Below are positions 56,955 through 64,000 of a DNA stretch of 64,000 bases, in pieces. Every line of letters begins with the position of its first letter. The stretch's first letter is position 1. Origin of the DNA: a virus. The stretch lies in IMG/VR virus record IMGVR_UViG_3300034406_000036, positions 4,668 to 68,667 of that record. One strand, 5' to 3'. The notes under the pieces are model-generated. The model did not search any database and was not told where the DNA came from. It saw only the letters and a program-made list of their open reading frames with translations. The position numbers and the translations under genes were made by a program.

Positions 56955-58580
56955 ATGCCTTGGGTTTTACTAATCATAGGTATTCTATTCACTATTATAG
57001 GCATAGCATGTTTGTTTAGTGCTTCGACAAGAAAGGAGAAGTATGTTGGTTCAGGACTAGCAGTTTCTGGACTAGCAATGTGGGGCGTAGGTTCCTACTT
57101 GTGTTTACCAATATTCAGATGGTTATGGGTTAATATCTTTTTCATGCAACCAGCTTTTTGGATAATATTGGTAAGTATAATTGGTGCTGGGATTTTATTA
57201 TTAATTTTGAGTAGGTTTCTTGCAGCAGGTAATAAAAAGAAACTCGAAAAGGCAATGGATAAAATTGCAGCCTGTGCAGATGTATTATTAATTGTTTTCA
57301 TTGTTTTCAGTTTGATTTTCTTTCCAATAATGGGTGGAGCGTATACAAAATCTGCTGTATATAATGAAATTAATACTCAAGCAGTTGAAATTGATTCTTT
57401 ACCAGATACGACTTCGGTTAGATATTTACCGATGGAAGTGGCTGAATATTACGCGGATAACCAATTAAGTCGTTCAGAGGTAAAGATATGGGATATTCAA
57501 CCAATCATTATGAATGATTCGGTTGTTTGGAGCAGTGCCCTATCACCAGATGGTAGTATTAGAAAACTTACTCGTGCGGTAGAAGGGGTGGCAATTGTAA
57601 AAGATGACGGAAAATTGGTCTTTTATAATAATGATTGGTGGACTGGGCCAGGAATGTATATTCAAGATAACATAGCTTGGAAATTATATATGGAAGAGTA
57701 TTGGTGTTCTTTCGATAACCCATATTATCTACAGGATGGGGATGAATGGGTATTGGTAGTACCATTTGTTTCATATAGATTTGAATGGCCAGTACAAGTT
57801 CCTTATTGGGGTGGAGTTGCAATTGCGAGAGCGAATGGAGAATTAAATATTTATACCCCAGAGGAAGCCATGGCATTGGACTTTACTCAAGGACATAGAT
57901 TGTTCCCTGAAAAATTAGCCTTAACATACGCAGATTCCTACGCATATAGTGGTGGTATTGGTAATAAATTCTTTATACACCAAGACCAGATTCAGATTCC
58001 CAAAATTTCTAATTCTTCAAATCAAATGCCTTATTTGATTCCGACGGATGAGGGGCCACAATGGTTGATTACCGCAGAACCTCATGGTGAAGCATATGCT
58101 ATTTATAAAGTATTTCTGATTGATGCTCATTCAGGTCAAATAAAGGTTTATAATGTACCCGAAGGTTCTACATTAATTGGGCCTAATAGAGTGCTAGAAT
58201 ACATAAAACAAGCCTATCCAGAGTATAAATGGGGTTCTATTGTAGCAGTTGAACCACGGCCTGTTGTAAAGGATGGTCATCTATATTGGATGATGACTAT
58301 TACTACCCAAAAACATGGTGGTGTGGTATTGACGGTTCTGGTGGATGCGGAAAATCCAGAAGTGACATATGGATTCGAAACAAAAGATGGAGTAATGAAA
58401 TTTATTTCCGATGGTTATGTACCTGAAAAGGAACAACCCATAATTCCAGTAACAAATATTTCGTCGGATGATGAAAGAATTCAATATATAATGGAATTAT
58501 TGAATTCAATAAATCTAACCGATGAATTGCAAATTATTGATGAGATAAATCAGGAAATAGAGAAGTTAAAGGTAAAATAA
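56955..58580 (+). CDS. membrane protein with about four N-terminal TM helices and a large soluble domain
   Basis: 541 aa; hydrophobic N-terminal segments; RBS AGGAGG. Confidence 0.7.
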   Translation: MPWVLLIIGILFTIIGIACLFSASTRKEKYVGSGLAVSGLAMWGVGSYLCLPIFRWLWVNIFFMQPAFWIILVSIIGAGILLLILSRFLAAGNKKKLEKAMDKIAACADVLLIVFIVFSLIFFPIMGGAYTKSAVYNEINTQAVEIDSLPDTTSVRYLPMEVAEYYADNQLSRSEVKIWDIQPIIMNDSVVWSSALSPDGSIRKLTRAVEGVAIVKDDGKLVFYNNDWWTGPGMYIQDNIAWKLYMEEYWCSFDNPYYLQDGDEWVLVVPFVSYRFEWPVQVPYWGGVAIARANGELNIYTPEEAMALDFTQGHRLFPEKLALTYADSYAYSGGIGNKFFIHQDQIQIPKISNSSNQMPYLIPTDEGPQWLITAEPHGEAYAIYKVFLIDAHSGQIKVYNVPEGSTLIGPNRVLEYIKQAYPEYKWGSIVAVEPRPVVKDGHLYWMMTITTQKHGGVVLTVLVDAENPEVTYGFETKDGVMKFISDGYVPEKEQPIIPVTNISSDDERIQYIMELLNSINLTDELQIIDEINQEIEKLKVK

Positions 58581-59273
58581 ATAATGACAAGTATAACTGA
58601 ACAACGTAGGGTTCATCCAAGTATTTGGGTTCGCTTCAAACAATGGCTTCGAGACCATGGTTTATTAGTATCAAATTGGTTGGACGATGTATCAGATTGG
58701 GCACCAGATTTGCCAGAGAAGGATAAACATTGGTGAAAAGCTATGAATTGGCTTGAAAATAATATAGAGGAACCCATTCGTGATACAGTTAAATTATTAC
58801 GAGATAATGGTTTTAATACAGAGTGCTCATGTGGACATAACATGACAGTTCAATGCAATTATTTAGCTGATGGTGAAATCCAAAGGCTACATTGTTTGCT
58901 TGCTAGTAATGGTTATCGAAATTATTCATTGATAGTACATTTAGAGGTACGTCGGGGCTTTATTGGCGGAGTTGGATAGATATAGAAATAGAACAGGAAA
59001 GCTGAATGCTTGAATTAACAATAGAAGAACTAAAACCAATTCTTTATAAGTTCCGACCTGATTATTGTAACTGGTTTAAAGAGGCAGAGCCATTTGCGGT
59101 ATGCAGGGAACAGGTTGATAAGATGCTAGATTTAGGTTTTCGACGAATCCCGAAGCAGGATAAAATTTATAAGAAAATAAGACAGATATCAGGCATAACA
59201 GAAGAAGATGCGAGTAGAGTTTCAGAAGTATTACATGAATGGTTAATGACTCTTAAATCATAAAGGAGGAAAA

Positions 59274-59687
59274 ATGAATATCTGGAAAAAATTAAAATCT
59301 ATAAAAATAGACATGACTGGGATGTATAATATCATAAAACATCCAAATACTCCCATAGTGGAATTGAAAGATTCAATACGTCCTGCTGTATATGATATCG
59401 AAGATTTAGTAAATATCTCGCAAGGACTTCATGGAGAAAGTAAGGCAGAGCTTATGAATTATTATAAGAGAGAAGCCTTAATAGATGATAGTGAAACCGC
59501 AGTAAAGCAATATGAAAAAATGATTGACATGGGATATAGATTAATTCCAGATAATGAAGAACTAGATGATATTGCAAAAGAGGTAATTAAAACTTTTAAT
59601 GAGTCTGGGCAATCTACTTTTACTGGCAGAGCGATGAGTTTAGCAGTAAAATTATATTGTAATCATTTAAGGAATAGGGGATATTAA
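59274..59687 (+). CDS. hypothetical protein
   Basis: 137 aa, RBS AGGAGG; shares MLDLGFRRIP/MIDMGYRLIP motif with 59006-59263. Confidence 0.6.
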   Translation: MNIWKKLKSIKIDMTGMYNIIKHPNTPIVELKDSIRPAVYDIEDLVNISQGLHGESKAELMNYYKREALIDDSETAVKQYEKMIDMGYRLIPDNEELDDIAKEVIKTFNESGQSTFTGRAMSLAVKLYCNHLRNRGY

Positions 59688-60521
59688 TGAATATCAAGAA
59701 ATTAATTTGCAAATTAGTTGACCATGATTGGGCCTTGAGAAGAGATGGATGGCCAACTGGTCATTGGCACAAGGTATGCCAACGATGTGGGAAGACAATT
59801 AGGTTAACAGCATGAAACAAATATTTTGTAGAAAATGCCATGTGTGATTGTATTCTTCATCCCGACCCAATAATAAGTATTCTTACTAGGATTGAGAATT
59901 TGGAGAAAGATAATCTGGAACTGAAAGAAGAAATTAGAAAACTGAAGAACCGAATGCCTTTACCTAGAATGGAAGATTGTACAGTGGAGTAAATAATGGC
60001 ACATCTATGTCATAATTGTGGAAAATTAGTAGCGGACGGTGAATCTTGTAATTGTACAGGAACAGTATCGAATGATGTAATTCGGCGAAGGCTTACAGAC
60101 TTGGAAGAATCAAATGAAAAGCTGTGGATTATGATTGAAGAATTGGTAAGTCGGGTCAAGACTCTCGAAGAAAAATAGTTTGCTTTTTGATAAAAAATAG
60201 GTATAATATAATTAGGTGAATGAAAATGTTGAAAAAGATATTAAGGAAACTTCGCTATTTAAGTGAAGGAAGATTTTATGAGTGGAGGGAGATAAAATGA
60301 ACTTTGCAAGAGATTTACCAGCAATTAAAATGCCCAATTTTGGTGATTGGGGTAGTTATGGTTTGTGGCCAAAAGAAGATACAGGATGGGTATTTTAATG
60401 CCTACTAATCCATGGCGGAGAATGCGTCCGTGTCCTGTTCCATTATATGATACTGCGGGCGCTCCATTTAAAATTTATCCAGACCCGAGAGGATGGTAAT
60501 AATGTGTGGAAAGCATTGGTA

Positions 60522-60732
60522 GAACTAACTCTCCAAGCGAGCCCTAAGTCATTAGCCGATAAGTATTCTGCGGTAAAGAAAGGATGTGCGTCTGAAGGTT
60601 CTTAACCGTGACCAGTAGCCAGTGAAAGCTAAATTCGGAATTAGTTACTTGATACTTGTTCAGGTTCCGATGGGGTAAATGGAATGTTGATTTTAGAAAG
60701 TGAGAGGGGTAGTCAGTTCCAGGGGTTAGTTC
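60522..60732 (+). ncRNA. Candidate rod-like ncRNA of about 210 nt
   Basis: GAACTAACTCT/GGGGTTAGTTC closing helix; GATAAGTAT/ATACTTGTT inner helix; no ORF. Confidence 0.5.
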
Positions 60733-61323
60733 ATAATTTTGGAGGAAGTTATGATAGAAATAGAGGATATATCCTTTGTTCTCGATGAATTAAATAATAA
60801 ACCTGAAAAGATAAGGATAGAATATAAGGATTGTGATACTCAATTAAGGGGTAAAATCTCTTTAATGGCGCCAAATTTTGACGATATTAGTGCTGAATTG
60901 ATTGCTGAATATAGTTCACTAGTTGTCGACCAAATAAGAGAAAATATGAAGAGTTTATTATTCTCGGAAGATTTGGCAAGAACCCAAAGAAAGTAATTTG
61001 CTAACGCCTTAAAGAAATCAATCATGGAAGCATTAAATGAAGAAGATAATTAAAAGAATTAAAAAATGGTGGTATGATAATACCCATATCGTAACTTGGG
61101 AAGAAGTAAAGTTTATGATAATGGAAGAACTCGGTCTTGATGAGAAAGGAGCAGAATCTTTACACAAAGGAATGCAGCAAGCCGCCAGAGGAGAGACCGT
61201 TACTCGCAACTCATTTTCCCAATTCGTAAATGATAATAATTCTGATACAGAAAATGTTTGCAACGAAGAAAATAAGGAGTAATTTTAGGTATCCGTACAG
61301 AGACACAATTTGAAAGGAAAAGA

Positions 61324-61644
61324 ATGGATAAGAGAATAAAAATATTTATTGGAGTTGTTCTTGTATTATATGTAGCATGTTCTCCAATAATTTCTCCAGA
61401 TGTAGTTATTATGGCTGGTGTTTTTGGACTTGCTGCTGCTTTACTACCCTCAATTTTTACCCAACAAAAACCAGCAAGGGAAACATGTGTCCTATCTACT
61501 GCTATTTTAATAGCCATCGCAACAGCTTTTGGCATGGTAGGTTTGTGGTTATCTTGTACCGCTGAAATTGTATCAGCAATATTATGGTTTGTTTTATTAA
61601 TACAACCGAGAAGACCACAAATACATGAAATGGATACTTTATAG
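61324..61644 (+). CDS. small membrane protein
   Basis: 3-4 hydrophobic segments. Confidence 0.6.
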   Translation: MDKRIKIFIGVVLVLYVACSPIISPDVVIMAGVFGLAAALLPSIFTQQKPARETCVLSTAILIAIATAFGMVGLWLSCTAEIVSAILWFVLLIQPRRPQIHEMDTL

Positions 61645-61770
61645 CAGTATCCATATATCATGAGCGAAGGAGAATTGGGAGAATTAACTCAGAGGAAATG
61701 TAAAAGAGAAGAATCGAAAAAAACAGAAATGGCCAATGTTTATGATTTATGTCCATAGAAAGGAAAATTT

Positions 61771-62120
61771 ATGACCATTAAAATAAAAAGTATGTCGTGG
61801 GATGGTCAACCAATGACTCCTGACAAAGCATTTTTCTAGATAGAACAGTACCAGGATTCAATATTAAATATTATGATGAAGAGAATGACATAGCAGGTGA
61901 GATTAGTGTGGATGAACCTAATTTTGCCAAAGGGAATATTAATGATATTTTAGCAAAATATTCTTTTAAAATAGCAAAATTAATTGAAAAGGATATTGAG
62001 ATAAAGAAGAAAAATCAAGGCCCACAAAGTAGAAGAAATCTTTTCTTTGACAGAATTGGTGATGAAGTTGAAAAAGCTTTAAAATTAGGGAAATATGGTA
62101 GAATGGGAGATGGTCGTTAA
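61771..62120 (+). pseudogene. Hypothetical gene apparently frameshifted at a T5 run (61831-61835)
   Basis: RBS plus ATG at 61771 stops at 61837-61839; another frame stays open into the 61908-62120 ORF. Confidence 0.45.
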
Positions 62121-62314
62121 ATGAAAATTGAGTTACAAATAATATGGTTTATGATATTTAATTTTTGTGCCCTTGGACTTGCAGTAATGGCAATCGCAGA
62201 TGCTCATGGACATGGTGTAGGCACTGTATCTATAATAGGTTTAATTCCATTTTTCTGTTTTTCTATGAGATTGGCTCTTAACATGTTAACAGAACAAGCT
62301 ATTGAGAGGGAAGA

Positions 62315-62755
62315 ATGACAGACCAACCCCACATATATTTTTACGGTAAAGGAAATCCAGATTATCAATTTTTATCTAACTTTTGGTGGGGGTTTTTTTA
62401 CTATAATCATAAAATTTATAGAAGTGTAGAGCATTTCTATCAAGCAAGCAAAGCTACAAATAATAAAGACCATGAAATTATAAGAACTGCACTAACACCA
62501 GCAACCGCAAAGAGACTGGGTAGAGAAATTGATATAAGGGATGACTGGGAAGACATAAAGGTTTCAATTATGTTAACTGGTTTAAGGCTTAAATTTGAAG
62601 ATAAGGTTTTGAAAAGAAAATTATTAGATACCAAAGATGCAATATTACATGAAAATTCTCCCAATGATTATTTTTGGGGAGTAAAAGGAAAAGATATGTT
62701 AGGAAAACTTTTAATGAAAGTTAGAGATGAGATAAGACAAGAGGAGGTACAATGA
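62315..62755 (+). CDS. NADAR/YbiA family N-glycosidase
   Basis: FLSNF, SVEHFYQA.K, AKRLGR, DW..K..IM..GLR.KF, ENSPNDYFWG..G...LGKLLM.VR. Confidence 0.93.
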   Translation: MTDQPHIYFYGKGNPDYQFLSNFWWGFFYYNHKIYRSVEHFYQASKATNNKDHEIIRTALTPATAKRLGREIDIRDDWEDIKVSIMLTGLRLKFEDKVLKRKLLDTKDAILHENSPNDYFWGVKGKDMLGKLLMKVRDEIRQEEVQ

Positions 62756-62955
62756 CGACAAAACATTACGTAGAGTTTTGGCAACAAAAGATTTAATGAG
62801 GAAGTCCAAGGGAATATAATATGTGTGGGTATAATGAAACCATGTTCCATTTGTGGTGAATTAACCAGTTATATCGAAATAAATTATGGTGATTATTATT
62901 GCAGCGATGAGTGTGTAAAAAGAGAAGACGAAGGATTTTTTGAGGCATTAAATAA

Positions 62956-63330
62956 ATGAAAAAATTACTAAAAAAGATATTAAATTTTATAGGCAATTGG
63001 ATTAGTGAAGTTCAACAGGAGGCAGAAGATTATATTTATATCACTCCTTTTGGGGAGGCTAGACCTATAATATTTAAAGAAGCCCCGAGAGAAGATGTAG
63101 ATTATCAAGAAGAGATGGAACAAGTAGAAGTTAAAGTTTCTCCGAACCTAAAATATATTGTTCAATTTCCGATTTCAAGGGAACAATGGAGAAATTTATA
63201 TGAGTTGGCGAAAGAATGTAATATGAAACCCAATGAATATGTAAAAACTCAATTACTAAATTTTATTGATAATTGGGTATTAATGAAACAAGGGCGAAAA
63301 TGGCCTTTTGAAGAGAAGGATAAGAAGTAA
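62956..63330 (+). CDS. hypothetical protein with ribbon-helix-helix-like C-terminus
   Basis: 124 aa. Confidence 0.45.
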   Translation: MKKLLKKILNFIGNWISEVQQEAEDYIYITPFGEARPIIFKEAPREDVDYQEEMEQVEVKVSPNLKYIVQFPISREQWRNLYELAKECNMKPNEYVKTQLLNFIDNWVLMKQGRKWPFEEKDKK

Positions 63331-64000
63331 ATCGGAGGGACAAATGTTAATAAAAGCTGAATTATTGGAAAATGAATATTCAAAACAATCTGAAGAATGG
63401 AGAGTTGATTGGAAGTTTACCTGCGACGAACTTCCAGAATGGGAAAAGGGTTATACTACTGTTGTAAATATAGAAGATGATGATACTGCTGAAACCGTCA
63501 TTTCACGAACTAAAGTTCAATTAGATGTGGCGATGAAAGATGAATTGGAAGTTTTAATTAGTGATAAAGAAGCTAAGCAATTCGTGGAAGATGTAGAAAA
63601 AGCTTTTGATAAAATAGGTGAAATCACATTAGACGAAAAAGATTTAGAAAAGATATAGAAAGGAGAGCATAAATGAATTTATTTAGTTGGTTAATAAAAC
63701 CCGATGAACCGATAGAAGAAAAAGATGATGGTAGAGGATTAAGAATCGTTGTTAAGGTTACCCGTGCTTATTTTGATAATGAACTCAGAATAGTTAGATA
63801 TCCTGATGATAAGGAGGAGTTGCAATCACGAGCTTTACCAACAGAATGGGTAATTAGATTTGAATGGATGACTTTTACCACAAATTTAAAGTTAGTAGAA
63901 AGATTTGTACGGTATGCCAATAAAGATTCTTTCAATTTTAAAGGCAACCAAGATGATAAACCAGAAGCAATTAAAAATAAATTCAAGAAGGAGATATATA

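Noticed and set aside
58743-62120. Programmed frameshifting in small accessory genes (near 58960, 59845 and 61833)
   Set aside because: No canonical slippery heptamer with a downstream stimulator was seen; gene decay or assembly indels are simpler.

Overview
The window is part of a large, AT-rich tailed bacteriophage genome in the standard genetic code, with essentially all genes on the + strand. No capsid or tail genes are recognisable here. From 1 to 12 kb there is a tRNA and non-coding RNA island: 18 of the 23 tRNAs, a complete type A RNase P RNA, several unassigned structured RNAs, an atypical CCA-ended tRNA-like RNA and an ornate non-coding region of about 1.2 kb. At 13.5-15.8 kb a Ro60/TROVE gene is followed by a tandem array of six Y-RNA-like units with a constant scaffold and variable domains. 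From 15.8 to 38 kb are replication, recombination and nucleotide genes (DnaB, primase, SSB, beta clamp, Pol A, RecA, RuvC, class II RNR). A 7-deazaguanine pathway is also present (FolE, QueD, QueE and a DpdA/TGT-like gene here, QueC at 6.5 kb). From 38 to 52 kb are packaging and head genes: terminases, portal, prohead protease, MuF, a repetitive polyprotein-like gene and proteins sharing a putative targeting/cleavage motif. From 52 to 64 kb are accessory ORFs, five more tRNAs and two further candidate ncRNAs. The best candidates for new biology are the Ro60 plus Y-RNA array and the giant structured RNA. All assignments come from reading motifs by eye; no searches were run.
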